From an uncultured virus (IMG/VR IMGVR_UViG_3300023178_004374) (taxonomy: Duplodnaviria > Heunggongvirae > Uroviricota > Caudoviricetes), in IMG/VR virus record IMGVR_UViG_3300023178_004374: a DNA stretch of 64,000 nt. One strand, written 5' to 3'. This document shows, piece by piece, positions 54,281 through 63,915 of the stretch. The notes below the pieces were generated by a model. It made no database searches and had not been told where the DNA came from. It was given only the letters and a program-made list of their open reading frames with translations. Numbering within the stretch: position 1 is the first letter of the stretch; every line of letters begins with the position of its first letter. Position numbers and translations under genes: made by a program.

Positions 54281-55091
54281 AATTTACATTCTGAGCCTTT
54301 TCTCTTTCATCTTTATCATAACAATTACGATACTTATTATTCTCTTCGATAACTTTTTCTAAAACGGAAAAAGATTTCGCAAAGTTCGCAAACGCTGCTG
54401 TGTCTTTTGGGAAGCAAGCGCCACCAAAGCCACGCTTGCCATCAAACCCAGGCACAGTAATATGAGACCTACCAATTCTTGGATCTGTTCCAATTGCGTT
54501 ACTGATAACACCATAATTTCCTCCAAAGTTTTCTATGACATCATAAAATTGATTCATCCATAAGACCTTTGATGCAAGGAAACAATTAATTCCATACTTT
54601 ACAAAGCTTGCATCAGTGGACGTCATGTGATATACAGGACACGGCTTGCATAAGCTAAAGTCTTTATAGATTTGTTCTAATCTTTCTGTAGCTTCTGGAT
54701 TTCCTCCAAAAATATGCATAGATGGATTTACAAAATCTTCACATGCATTTTTTTCAGTTAAAAATTCAGGATTGTAAACTACTCTAGCACCTCCACCGCG
54801 TCTTGAAAATTTTTCAATTATGTCAGGTGTCACAGTTGATTTAATAACAATGATTCCTGATCTACGTAGCAAAAGTTTTGTTACAGTATCAACTACAATA
54901 GAACAATCGATCGATCCATCTTTACCCATAGGTGTAGGAACACAAACAAACGTTATATCTTCACTTAATTCTACATCATCTAAAGTAGTATTATAGAGAG
55001 GATCGATGATAGTTTTAGTAATAGCTTTATTTGAAAAGCCATAATCCACAGCTTTGCCAACAAACCCGTGGCCAACAATTGTCATTCTCAT
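54273..55091 (-). CDS. UDP-glucose 6-dehydrogenase-like (lacks C-terminal domain)
   Basis: GHGFVG, CVPTP, IKSTV, YNPEFL, GFGGACFPKD. Confidence 0.85.
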   Translation of the reverse strand: MRMTIVGHGFVGKAVDYGFSNKAITKTIIDPLYNTTLDDVELSEDITFVCVPTPMGKDGSIDCSIVVDTVTKLLLRRSGIIVIKSTVTPDIIEKFSRRGGGARVVYNPEFLTEKNACEDFVNPSMHIFGGNPEATERLEQIYKDFSLCKPCPVYHMTSTDASFVKYGINCFLASKVLWMNQFYDVIENFGGNYGVISNAIGTDPRIGRSHITVPGFDGKRGFGGACFPKDTAAFANFAKSFSVLEKVIEENNKYRNCYDKDEREKAQNVNYG

Positions 55092-56050
55092 TAATTAACT
55101 CCATAATAACTTTTGTACCATGTAATGAATTCTTTAACACCATCTGTTATAGAAGTTTTAGGATTATAACCTAACGCTTGTAATTTAGTAGTGTCAGACC
55201 ACGTCTCAGGGACATCTGCAGGATGTTTAGGCGCTAATTCTCTTTCTGCTTTCCGATCAAGATTTTTTTCAATTTCATCTACAAAATCTAATAGATTAAC
55301 CTGTTGGCCATAACCAATATTATAGATTTCATGCCATTCTTGATTGGTTTCATTCATAGCTTTATCTACTACTAATTCTATACCATCTACGATGTCTTGT
55401 ACATAGGTAAAATCACGTTTCATATCACCATAATTATAAAGTGTGATTGGTTCACCTTTAACGATTCCATCTGTGAATTTAAATAGAGCCATGTCTGGTC
55501 GACCATATGGTCCATACACTGTAAAGAAGCGAAGGCCTGCAGAACGTGAAATTTTAGAATGAGAAAACTGACATTCATTTACTCGTTTAGACCAACCATA
55601 TGGATTGTTTTGTAAATCTGGTCGATCATGTTCATTCCAAGGTAAAGGCTGTCCATGCATAACGCAGGAGCTTGATGCATATACAACTGGTATGTTTAGT
55701 TCTTCACATACTTCTATAATACGTTGTGTTCCAGTTATGTTAGTATCAATATATGGTTGCGGTTCTTCAAGAGCGTGTCTTGGATTTGCATATGCAGCTA
55801 AGTGTAATACAATATCTACATCTTTCATAAATGACGTATTGTCATTAATTACTTTAAAGTCTTCAATGTCCCCTCGCATAATAGGAACATTATATTCTTC
55901 TTGTAAAATGTTAGCACGATCTTCTTTTAATTGTGGATCGTAATAATCATTAAAATTGTCTAAGCCACATACTTCCCAATTATTTTTTGCGAAGTGCCTG
56001 GCTGCGTGAAAGCCGATCATGCCGGCAATACCTGTTACTAAAATTTTCAT
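55091..56050 (-). CDS. NAD-dependent epimerase, UDP-glucuronate 4-epimerase type
   Basis: TGIAGMIG, DNFNDYYD..LK..R, YASSS, YGWSK, LRFFTVYGPYGRPDMA. Confidence 0.85.
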   Translation of the reverse strand: MKILVTGIAGMIGFHAARHFAKNNWEVCGLDNFNDYYDPQLKEDRANILQEEYNVPIMRGDIEDFKVINDNTSFMKDVDIVLHLAAYANPRHALEEPQPYIDTNITGTQRIIEVCEELNIPVVYASSSCVMHGQPLPWNEHDRPDLQNNPYGWSKRVNECQFSHSKISRSAGLRFFTVYGPYGRPDMALFKFTDGIVKGEPITLYNYGDMKRDFTYVQDIVDGIELVVDKAMNETNQEWHEIYNIGYGQQVNLLDFVDEIEKNLDRKAERELAPKHPADVPETWSDTTKLQALGYNPKTSITDGVKEFITWYKSYYGVN

Positions 56051-57294
56051 ACGAAAAATTCCTCTAGTCCTTGTGGTTGGTTTTCAGTTGTGTTAATAGC
56101 AAGATCAATAATTTCATTTACAACATCCTCACCATTGGAGTGTTGTTTCCAAAATTCAAATGCCATTTCTCTCCAATCATCTCTCATAGACGGATCGTTT
56201 TTGAGTTTTGTCATCATTTCTTGACACTCTTTAAAATTAGTATAGTCAACACCAAGAGTGCCAGAATTTTTGCATTGACTAATAGGATCACCCTGTACAG
56301 GGTGTATTACGTTATCACAGAAATGTTTATGGAATAATGGTACAGTGCCAGATGCAATACATTCAGCATGACAATTTTCAATATTGTTACCATATGTTTC
56401 TGCTTTTAAATGATAAAGATCTGAACCAAATGCTGAACGTGCCATTCTCATCATTGCCTCATTATTTATGTATTGAGGATATAGATAAGCACCTTTATTG
56501 GTTTCTTCTTTACCATACAAGTCAGGTGTAAACTTGACTTCATTAAATTTCTTTTCTGGTCTAAAATAATTTTCAACCATGCGGCGATCAACAGGATTAT
56601 CTTCTTTATTATCACGATATAAAACAAGAGGATATTGTATAGAAGCTTCTAAACCTTCAAGGACAGTTATAAATCCTTGCTCCATCAAAGCATCTTGATG
56701 GAAATCAATCATTAAACTAGGACCTTTCCACATTGCAGTACGACCAATCCAACGAACCATATTATGCTGTTGTTCTTCAATTGGTCGCCAATACTTTTGA
56801 CGGTGATCCTCATAATCAAAACCCAAACCCATTTTAGTTAATGGAGTTTGGATTCTATTTTTCTTCATAAATTTTGAGAAATCATTTTCAAGACTGTGAG
56901 TCATAATGACATCAACATTTTCGCAAACTTCTTTTAGATTAGCATTACGTGCTATTGAAGCAGCTTTATGGTCTACATTAATAAACGCTTTACGTATTTT
57001 TAGTCTCTGTAAAAATGGTACAAAATTATCTTGACAATCTTGTGGATGAGACTTAGAAGGTACTGAATAAATGATTGCTAAATCATACATTGAATTAATA
57101 ACATCTGCAGTTAATTCCCACTGCGTACCCATTACAAATTCTTTTTGATCAATTTCTAATCCTTTAGCTCGTCCCCATTTTTTATCAATTGCAGAATAGA
57201 TATCTGCTCCTGTTACTTTTTGCATTTGAATAGCACATTGTGTTACACCGCAGCCTTCAGTACCACGACCAAGGATAATAGCAATTCTAGTCAT
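56047..57294 (-). CDS. T4 DNA alpha-glucosyltransferase homologue (GT-B)
   Basis: RIAIILGRGTEGCGVT matches T4 Agt N-terminus (RGLEGCGVT); RWIGRTA.WKG; similar length. Confidence 0.78.
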   Translation of the reverse strand: MTRIAIILGRGTEGCGVTQCAIQMQKVTGADIYSAIDKKWGRAKGLEIDQKEFVMGTQWELTADVINSMYDLAIIYSVPSKSHPQDCQDNFVPFLQRLKIRKAFINVDHKAASIARNANLKEVCENVDVIMTHSLENDFSKFMKKNRIQTPLTKMGLGFDYEDHRQKYWRPIEEQQHNMVRWIGRTAMWKGPSLMIDFHQDALMEQGFITVLEGLEASIQYPLVLYRDNKEDNPVDRRMVENYFRPEKKFNEVKFTPDLYGKEETNKGAYLYPQYINNEAMMRMARSAFGSDLYHLKAETYGNNIENCHAECIASGTVPLFHKHFCDNVIHPVQGDPISQCKNSGTLGVDYTNFKECQEMMTKLKNDPSMRDDWREMAFEFWKQHSNGEDVVNEIIDLAINTTENQPQGLEEFFV

Positions 57295-57351
57295 TTATGA
57301 TTCCTTAAATTTACAAGTGTGTGATATACGTATTTATGATTATTAAATATA

Positions 57352-57380
57352 ATTCTAACATATTTTTACACAAATGTAAA
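57352..57380 (-). promoter_or_regulatory. Early promoter of the agt-like/epimerase/ugd/MTase operon
   Basis: TTTACA-N17-TAGAAT. Confidence 0.72.
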
Positions 57381-57389
57381 CTATTTTTT

Positions 57390-57704
57390 TTATTTTGGTG
57401 AAGAACAATGCATGTGACATTCTTTACATGCATTTTCAGGATGTTCATATAATTCTTTGTGAAAGTTATACCACTGTTCTGATTCTATAATATCAAGAAT
57501 GTCATCATTTCGATCAACTCTTAATTCATCATCCCATAAATTTTTAGTATTATTTTTATAGTTGTGATACTTATCTAAATAACAACAAGGAAGAAGATGC
57601 CCTGAAGCAGTAAAGGCTAAACCATTTCCTGCACCAGGAAATCCATCATTGGGTTTATAATCGCCTTCCATTGTTACGCTCCAACATTGAGGATAAAGTT
57701 TCAT
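57390..57704 (-). CDS. Stand-alone SPASM/twitch domain protein
   Basis: PQC, GHLLPCC, CKECHMHC. Confidence 0.7.
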   Translation of the reverse strand: MKLYPQCWSVTMEGDYKPNDGFPGAGNGLAFTASGHLLPCCYLDKYHNYKNNTKNLWDDELRVDRNDDILDIIESEQWYNFHKELYEHPENACKECHMHCSSPK

Positions 57705-58426
57705 ACTCTTTTTTTCTCACCAAATAGTTTTTTAGAAATTAAATTTATATTTGTAGGAGGAGCAACTGGACTGTCAGGATTAAACCTACCTGAAGTAAGT
57801 AATATTAATTCTACATCTATTTCATCTGCCATTTCTTTTGCTTTCATAATATCATGTTCATTATATGCAAATGGAATGTATTGCCAAATGACTCTCCACC
57901 TTTCCCATTCAGGTTCTCTTCTTTGCCTTGATGCTACATATTTCATTGCCTCAAAAGCTGAATGAAAATCTTGGCCAACTCTATGAATAGCTGCTTTTTC
58001 ATCTATGCCATCTATACCAAAGTGCCATTCTATTCTAGTTGGAAGTTGCCAAGCTACATCTACAAGTTCATCCCAATACTCTTGTTTTTTTCCAGATCCA
58101 TTTGTATGAATTTCGATTTTTTCTAAATATGTTACATCATCTATTGATGACAATAATGAAATAAAATCTTTGTGATAGATAGGATCAGAAATCTGACCAC
58201 AAAATGAAATGCCACTTCTTACGAAGTTAGTTAACTTTCTCAATTCTTTTGATTTTAAATCACCATAAGATTTCCTATAATCAGAAATCATAGGTTGTCC
58301 TTGAACTTCAGATTGGCGTGAACAAAACTGACATTGAAGTAAACACCTATGAGTAGTGTCTACATTTATTACTGTCCATCTGTATCCCTCTATAATTTTG
58401 GAATACATTTCAGCAAATGAATTCAT
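57701..58426 (-). CDS. Radical SAM protein
   Basis: CLLQCQFC, CGQISDP, HTNGS, FGIDG, WQYIPF.YNEH. Confidence 0.85.
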   Translation of the reverse strand: MNSFAEMYSKIIEGYRWTVINVDTTHRCLLQCQFCSRQSEVQGQPMISDYRKSYGDLKSKELRKLTNFVRSGISFCGQISDPIYHKDFISLLSSIDDVTYLEKIEIHTNGSGKKQEYWDELVDVAWQLPTRIEWHFGIDGIDEKAAIHRVGQDFHSAFEAMKYVASRQRREPEWERWRVIWQYIPFAYNEHDIMKAKEMADEIDVELILLTSGRFNPDSPVAPPTNINLISKKLFGEKKRV

Positions 58427-58844
58427 ACTCTACGCCTGCTTCATCAAATAATTGTTTAGTCATATTCCATGACTCGACCCACTGTTCTTTTATTTTTTGT
58501 CTTGGCATAACAACTCTTTTTATTCCTACCTGAATAACACCAAGAGCACAATGGTTGCAAACAGGCAAGCCATGAACAAATAAGGTAGCTCCATCTAATG
58601 ATACTCCGTTGTATGTTGCGTTATAAATTACATTCTGTTCAGCATGTACTATGTACTTGTATTTAGTTTCTCTCACTGCATATCTATCAAGAGAATCTGT
58701 TATTCCTCTAGGAAAACCATTATATCCTTGAGATAAAACTTGACCTTTAGATCCTACAGCAATAGCACCGATTTGAGAAGATGGATCTTTAGACCACTTA
58801 GATACTTCTTCTGCTAATTTTAAATATCGTATATCCCATTTCAT
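58410..58844 (-). CDS. cd: dCMP deaminase
   Basis: GYNGFPRG, HAEQN, PVCNHC. Confidence 0.92.
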   Translation of the reverse strand: MKWDIRYLKLAEEVSKWSKDPSSQIGAIAVGSKGQVLSQGYNGFPRGITDSLDRYAVRETKYKYIVHAEQNVIYNATYNGVSLDGATLFVHGLPVCNHCALGVIQVGIKRVVMPRQKIKEQWVESWNMTKQLFDEAGVEYEFIC

Positions 58845-59089
58845 ACTTCTTGCTCTTCACCAAAAGATTTTTTTAATATTTCTTTTATTACTTTTTCTTG
58901 CAAACAGTTTACTGCTAATATTGGCATGTCTTTTCCATATTCTTCTTTTAATTTTCCAAGATACGCGATTTGATCTAATGGATCTCTAATACTAACCATA
59001 CATTCTTCTCTAGTTTCAAACCTAGGCTTTTCAAAAATATAAACATCGCCTTGCAATGTTCCAAATATTACTACTATTAACCAGTTCAT
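58841..59089 (-). CDS. Small membrane-anchored Cys-pair protein
   Basis: MNWLIVVIF, FETREEC, VNCL. Confidence 0.65.
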   Translation of the reverse strand: MNWLIVVIFGTLQGDVYIFEKPRFETREECMVSIRDPLDQIAYLGKLKEEYGKDMPILAVNCLQEKVIKEILKKSFGEEQEV

Positions 59090-59235
59090 TTTACATACCA
59101 CTTCATCCAGATAGGTCCTATTCTAATAGAATAATACCTGGTAGTTTCATTATTACATCTAACTTCTTTAGGTGTAATTTTAAACTTCCAAGTACTAATA
59201 TGCCATATCCAAGTAATGTAAAATTTTATTAACAT

Positions 59236-59793
59236 CTACCATTTAACGATATAATAATTTTCATTTAGTTGTTTAATAATAGGATTATAAGGATACAACA
59301 ATTTTTGTAATTCTTCTTTAGTGTATTTATGGTATTCTTCAGCAATGCCATCATCATACCATTCTGCATAAAATATAAAAAAAGCATGCTGAGCATTAAA
59401 ATTTCTATAGTGCTCCAACAACTTAGGAAGACCTATGTAATTAGGTACACCAAATAAACTAACAAGAACATCACAGCTATCATCTATATTTTCATTACAA
59501 TCAGCTAAAACAAAGTTATAATCTTTAAACTTTTCTTTAGCATTATTTAACATGCCTTGAGATAAATCATATCCTGTAAAATTTTCTGGTCCAGGCCATT
59601 GTAAGATAGGAATGTCTTGTCCGGATCCAACACCTAATGAAATAATTTTTCCCTCTTCTATATTCTCCATCCAAAACTCATGAGCATCTTTCTCATCTTG
59701 CATATAGATGTTGTTTTCCCATCCGCCATCAACATATTTTTCTTCATAATATGTCTTAGCAGCATGATTATATTTTTCAACTAAGTCTACCAT
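59236..59793 (-). CDS. Class I SAM-dependent methyltransferase
   Basis: ISLGVGSG, GYDLSQGML..A. Confidence 0.75.
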   Translation of the reverse strand: MVDLVEKYNHAAKTYYEEKYVDGGWENNIYMQDEKDAHEFWMENIEEGKIISLGVGSGQDIPILQWPGPENFTGYDLSQGMLNNAKEKFKDYNFVLADCNENIDDSCDVLVSLFGVPNYIGLPKLLEHYRNFNAQHAFFIFYAEWYDDGIAEEYHKYTKEELQKLLYPYNPIIKQLNENYYIVKW

Positions 59794-60470
59794 CCTATAT
59801 CTCCATACATATTTACTGCAATTTTAGCACACTCATCAAGAGATAGACCTTTTTCATTATCTAATTGATCATATGCATATTCTAATTCTCTACACCCCAT
59901 ACAATAACCACAAGGTTCAGTGGCGTGAGTGTTACATGAAATAGTTGTGTCATAAATATAGTCAAATCCATTCCGTCTTCCTAAATCAATTACATGATAT
60001 TTTTCAATATGTTCAAACGGATTCTTCCAAAATTTATCATTAGTTAGCCATGGGCGTTTTGCCATTCCCTTTTGGTCTACATTCCAACGAGGAAACCATT
60101 GAGGATGTGGAGGCAAAATATTTCCACAATAAAGTTCTTCAATATCTTCATCATTTCTTACATCTTGAAACGCAAGCATAAGTCTAGCAAAATGATTTTT
60201 CATTTCCCAATTATGATACTTTTCTCCGATGATTTCTAATTCTAAATCAACGTCAAATTTTTCAAGGATTTCTTCAATTAAAGGTTTCTTAGGATCCCAT
60301 GAAGTCTGTACATTAAAAATTCTAATTTCTGTATCAGGAAAATTGTCCCATAATAATTTAAAAAGTGTAGTGCTGTCAGCGCCTGATGACATTAACACAC
60401 CAATCTTTTTAGCTGGATTTAGTTTTACAATTCTTTCATCCCATTCAGGACCACATCTAAATTCTTTCAT
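59787..60470 (-). CDS. QueC-like PP-loop ATPase
   Basis: MSSGADST PP-loop; TISC...CGYCMGC.E zinc motif. Confidence 0.72.
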   Translation of the reverse strand: MKEFRCGPEWDERIVKLNPAKKIGVLMSSGADSTTLFKLLWDNFPDTEIRIFNVQTSWDPKKPLIEEILEKFDVDLELEIIGEKYHNWEMKNHFARLMLAFQDVRNDEDIEELYCGNILPPHPQWFPRWNVDQKGMAKRPWLTNDKFWKNPFEHIEKYHVIDLGRRNGFDYIYDTTISCNTHATEPCGYCMGCRELEYAYDQLDNEKGLSLDECAKIAVNMYGDIGW

Positions 60471-60479
60471 TCCATATCC

Positions 60480-61178
60480 TTATTTAACTAAATGGAAGTG
60501 ACGTTCATACACGTGTAAATTCATGACTTGCCACATTAACATACCTTTTTCAATAGGACCATGTTCACCATAAATTTCTGCTAATGAATTCCATTCTCTT
60601 ACAAATTTATCCATTAAGTATTGTGCCCAAGCATAATCATTTTTATATCCATAAACAACATCATTAGAACGCATTTGAGATACCATTGAAAGTATGCCAT
60701 CACGAATATAAAATGTTTGTGCATTAGTGCAAATAAAATCAGATTTACCGCCTTCATTATATTCACACCATATTGATGGACGGTTATAAATCATTTGTGC
60801 ACGACGTGAATCTGGATTAGCTTGTAATTCATCAAAGGCATGTTGGAATTGATAATGATATTTTTCAGAAAAAAGTAAGTGACCATAATTAGAATTTATT
60901 TCACCATGTTTATTTGCTGCGTATTGCCATGCTTGAGGAGGTGCATCTGAATCAACACCATTTATATCATAAATGTTTGTTGAACCTGATTCATACCAAG
61001 CTATTTCTTTGTTAATATATTCTTGACTAGGTGTACCAAAAATAGCAGGTTCAGTGCATAAAAAATTAGCACCAATTAACTCAATAGTTTTTTGACCTGT
61101 TTTATCTATAGTAAAGGCTTCATCATTTAGTTCATCAATAAAAAATTGACGTATGTCACTAACCGTTTGGAGAATCAT
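60480..61178 (-). CDS. 42: dCMP hydroxymethylase (T4 gp42 family)
   Basis: INSNYG, SDFICTN (catalytic Cys), MRSNDVVYGYKNDYAW (Asp at the dCMP-specificity position), NLHVYERHF. Confidence 0.88.
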   Translation of the reverse strand: MILQTVSDIRQFFIDELNDEAFTIDKTGQKTIELIGANFLCTEPAIFGTPSQEYINKEIAWYESGSTNIYDINGVDSDAPPQAWQYAANKHGEINSNYGHLLFSEKYHYQFQHAFDELQANPDSRRAQMIYNRPSIWCEYNEGGKSDFICTNAQTFYIRDGILSMVSQMRSNDVVYGYKNDYAWAQYLMDKFVREWNSLAEIYGEHGPIEKGMLMWQVMNLHVYERHFHLVK

Positions 61179-61596
61179 TTTTTTCTAGCTCTCTTTCAAA
61201 TACTCTTTTACGCAAATCTGATGACGAAAATCTGTGGTCTCGTTTATTAAAATATAAAGAAATATTTCTACGTCTACATTCATCTTTGCCAGTAAAATCT
61301 TTATCTTTATATTCATCACCAAGTATACGTACATCAATTGGATACATGTTTATTATATCAAGTAAATCGGATTCTGTACAATAAACAATGATTTCATCTA
61401 CATATTTTACTGCAGAAAGTTGTTTGTATCTTTCTACTACACTTTGAATAGGTGAGTTTTTTTCTTCACGATCCCAAGACGGATCTACTTGCAATCCACA
61501 AATAAGCCAATCGCATTGTTCTTTTGCTTCTCTTAGCATTGCGATATGACCAGCATGAAGCAAGTCAAACGTACTACATGTAAATCCTACTTTCAT
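61159..61596 (-). CDS. Cytidylyltransferase (TagD/RfaE-like)
   Basis: FDLLHAGH, VKYVDE, SSSDLR. Confidence 0.88.
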   Translation of the reverse strand: MKVGFTCSTFDLLHAGHIAMLREAKEQCDWLICGLQVDPSWDREEKNSPIQSVVERYKQLSAVKYVDEIIVYCTESDLLDIINMYPIDVRILGDEYKDKDFTGKDECRRRNISLYFNKRDHRFSSSDLRKRVFERELEKNDSPNG

Positions 61597-61597
61597 A

Positions 61598-61984
61598 TTA
61601 ACAACCTATTTTATCTACACTAAATGGATCACTATCATCATCAATATGATAACCAACAGTTTCACGCTCAATATCATTATGATTAAATTCTGCCCAGTAT
61701 AGCTCATATGCTACGCCTTCTTTAAGACACTCAAATTGATGATAAAGACCAGGTTTAACTTTGTGATAATCACCTTCATGAAGAATAGTAATATCAACTA
61801 AATCATAATCACGTTGCCATGTACGAATAAGCATCTTACCAGATTCGACATAAAAACCATTCCATTTATAACGATGTAAGTGTTTAGAACACACGCCGCC
61901 TTCTTCCATTTCAATACGATGAAACTCTAATGCACCATTTGCTTCAATAAGCTCAGTAGTGCCCCATACTTTTCCTGCTTTCAT
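61598..61984 (-). CDS. Cupin (sugar isomerase-like)
   Basis: KVWG, CSKHLH..K..F...G, PG.YHQF. Confidence 0.75.
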   Translation of the reverse strand: MKAGKVWGTTELIEANGALEFHRIEMEEGGVCSKHLHRYKWNGFYVESGKMLIRTWQRDYDLVDITILHEGDYHKVKPGLYHQFECLKEGVAYELYWAEFNHNDIERETVGYHIDDDSDPFSVDKIGC

Positions 61985-62059
61985 TTATTCATCTCCGTTA
62001 CTGCAATAATATAAAATCCAATAATTATAATTGCTAGGATACTAATTGCTGTAAATACT

Positions 62060-63250
62060 TCACCCATTTATCATCCTTTCTAAGATTTCTAAGACTTCTT
62101 CGCTTCTATCTTCGGCTCCTCTAATTAGAGAATTTGTTACACAATTACGAGTAAATTCTAATGGAAATCTTTTACCTTTTTTATCCATACCAGTATTAAT
62201 TAAATAAACATTAACATCATGTTCTTCTATTTTTTCCATTAACATATCGCTATATACATTTACATTTCTAGGCATAAAAGGTGATCCATAACATGGTGAA
62301 AATATTTTTTTAATTTCTTCAACACCTGCTTCAGTGCCTGGCATTTGACTTGTATATCCAGTTTCAAAGAACCGTCTTACAGTTTCTCCAGAAATTTTAC
62401 TTACTGGAGGAAAACTACCTGTAGCATCCATTGTTAGAAAAAATATATTATTAGGATGTTTGAATTGTGTATCATTTATATATGCATTTTCTACATACTT
62501 TAAAGGATAACTTAATCTAGCATTAGCAGCACCAGGATTTTCTATTACTAATGTTTCAGCTTTTTTTGCAGCTTCCACAGCATTAAAAATAGTTGGATGT
62601 GTTTCAGGTGACAAACCTTCTGATTTAGCATAGCAGCCTTCTTCAACTTTTGCGATGCCTTCTTCATTCCAAGATACTTCATCATCTGAAATTAAACCAA
62701 ATTGAGGATCACTACTTAATGTTGTTTTACCTGTTCCACTTAATCCAAACATAAGATTAGTTTTATCCTTAAAAGTAAAAGCACTACAATGCATTGGTAA
62801 AACATTTTCGTCTGGTAATTCAAATCCTAAAATACCAAACACTCCTTTTTTAATTTCACCTAGAAAAGTAGTTCCACCAATTAACATAATTTTTTCATCT
62901 AAATGTACAGCAATTGTAGGTGGACAATTAATTTCAGTGTTGTGAATAATTTTCCATTCTGCATAATGTTCAGTTGGATCATCTACTACTGAAAACATGT
63001 TTCTTACAAATTGAGCATGTCTATCATCATTAGTTAAGACAGCAAAACCGCGACGAGAAGTATAAAAATGCAAGTAATGTTTATAATTGTATTCATTTAA
63101 ATCTTCATAAAATTCCCAAAAATATTTTTCTTCGCCTATCTTATTATATTTTGGTCTTGATAAATCTAGTTTTCTAGCTAAGTTTCCATAAAATATTTTA
63201 TTCTCAGGAGATCTGCCAGTTGGGTTAGTTATTATTTCTATATTAGCCAT
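62060..63250 (-). CDS. pckA: Phosphoenolpyruvate carboxykinase (ATP), shortened
   Basis: TGRSP..K, GEIKKG.F, PMHCSA, FGLSGTGKTTLS, DDE..W, EGCYAK, GYTS..GTE.G. Confidence 0.88.
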   Translation of the reverse strand: MANIEIITNPTGRSPENKIFYGNLARKLDLSRPKYNKIGEEKYFWEFYEDLNEYNYKHYLHFYTSRRGFAVLTNDDRHAQFVRNMFSVVDDPTEHYAEWKIIHNTEINCPPTIAVHLDEKIMLIGGTTFLGEIKKGVFGILGFELPDENVLPMHCSAFTFKDKTNLMFGLSGTGKTTLSSDPQFGLISDDEVSWNEEGIAKVEEGCYAKSEGLSPETHPTIFNAVEAAKKAETLVIENPGAANARLSYPLKYVENAYINDTQFKHPNNIFFLTMDATGSFPPVSKISGETVRRFFETGYTSQMPGTEAGVEEIKKIFSPCYGSPFMPRNVNVYSDMLMEKIEEHDVNVYLINTGMDKKGKRFPLEFTRNCVTNSLIRGAEDRSEEVLEILERMING

Positions 63251-63915
63251 TTTTCATTCCACCTTTTTTCATCTTCTGGTGTATTAATTTCTATTCCATT
63301 AAATTCAGTATGCAGTATACCTATGTCCCAACCTGTTTTTAACCAGCGCAATTGCTCTAGTTGTTCTATTCTTTCTTCTTCTATTATACCATACTTGCTA
63401 TAGAATTGTAAAGGATTTCTTTTATATCCATAAATTCCTAAATGCCAATCGCCATAGCCTGCCATTCCTCTTCCGAACCAAAGGGCTTTATCTCCACCTC
63501 TTACTACTTTTACAGAGTTAGGATCATTTCGCATTTTTTCTGGCATATCGGTGAAAAGAGTAGTGATAGGGTAATGCTTTAAATGCCATATTACTTTATT
63601 AATCATATGCTTATTCACATCAGGCATATCACCTTGAACGTTTATGTACTGATCATATTCTGGTATTTTATCGAGCGCTCCGGCACATCTTTCTGTACCA
63701 TTATTATATTCTGTAGTATCTAATCGACAATTATTGTCATTAAATAATGAAGCAATTCTATAGTCATCAGTAAGTACATATGTATCTAAACCTGTATCAG
63801 CACAAGTCTCATACACTCTTTCAATCATAGTCATTTCACCAAGATTAACTAATGGCTTACCAGGGTATCTACTTGACTCATATCTCGCTGGAATAAGAAT
63901 AGCGGTGGATTTCAT
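63238..63915 (-). CDS. kdsB: 3-deoxy-manno-octulosonate cytidylyltransferase
   Basis: IPARYESSRYPGKPL, GTER, NVQGD, HLGIYGY, EQLEQLRWL. Confidence 0.92.
   Translation of the reverse strand: MKSTAILIPARYESSRYPGKPLVNLGEMTMIERVYETCADTGLDTYVLTDDYRIASLFNDNNCRLDTTEYNNGTERCAGALDKIPEYDQYINVQGDMPDVNKHMINKVIWHLKHYPITTLFTDMPEKMRNDPNSVKVVRGGDKALWFGRGMAGYGDWHLGIYGYKRNPLQFYSKYGIIEEERIEQLEQLRWLKTGWDIGILHTEFNGIEINTPEDEKRWNEKWLI

Noticed and set aside
1220..57380. Dispersed ~30-70 bp repeats as a CRISPR array or IS ends
   Set aside because: They are kilobases apart with no spacers, cas genes or transposase, and match sigma70 promoter geometry.
59787..60470. 7-deazaguanine DNA modification pathway
   Set aside because: Only a QueC-like gene is present; no recognisable folE, queD, queE or dpdA in this window.
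774..60501. Numerous plus-strand ORFs in the six-frame track
   Set aside because: All except 9552-10055 are antisense shadows of well-supported minus-strand genes, with no RBS or motifs.
60480..61178. Ordinary ThyA thymidylate synthase
   Set aside because: It has gp42-type motifs with Asp instead of Asn at the specificity site, and thyX is already present.
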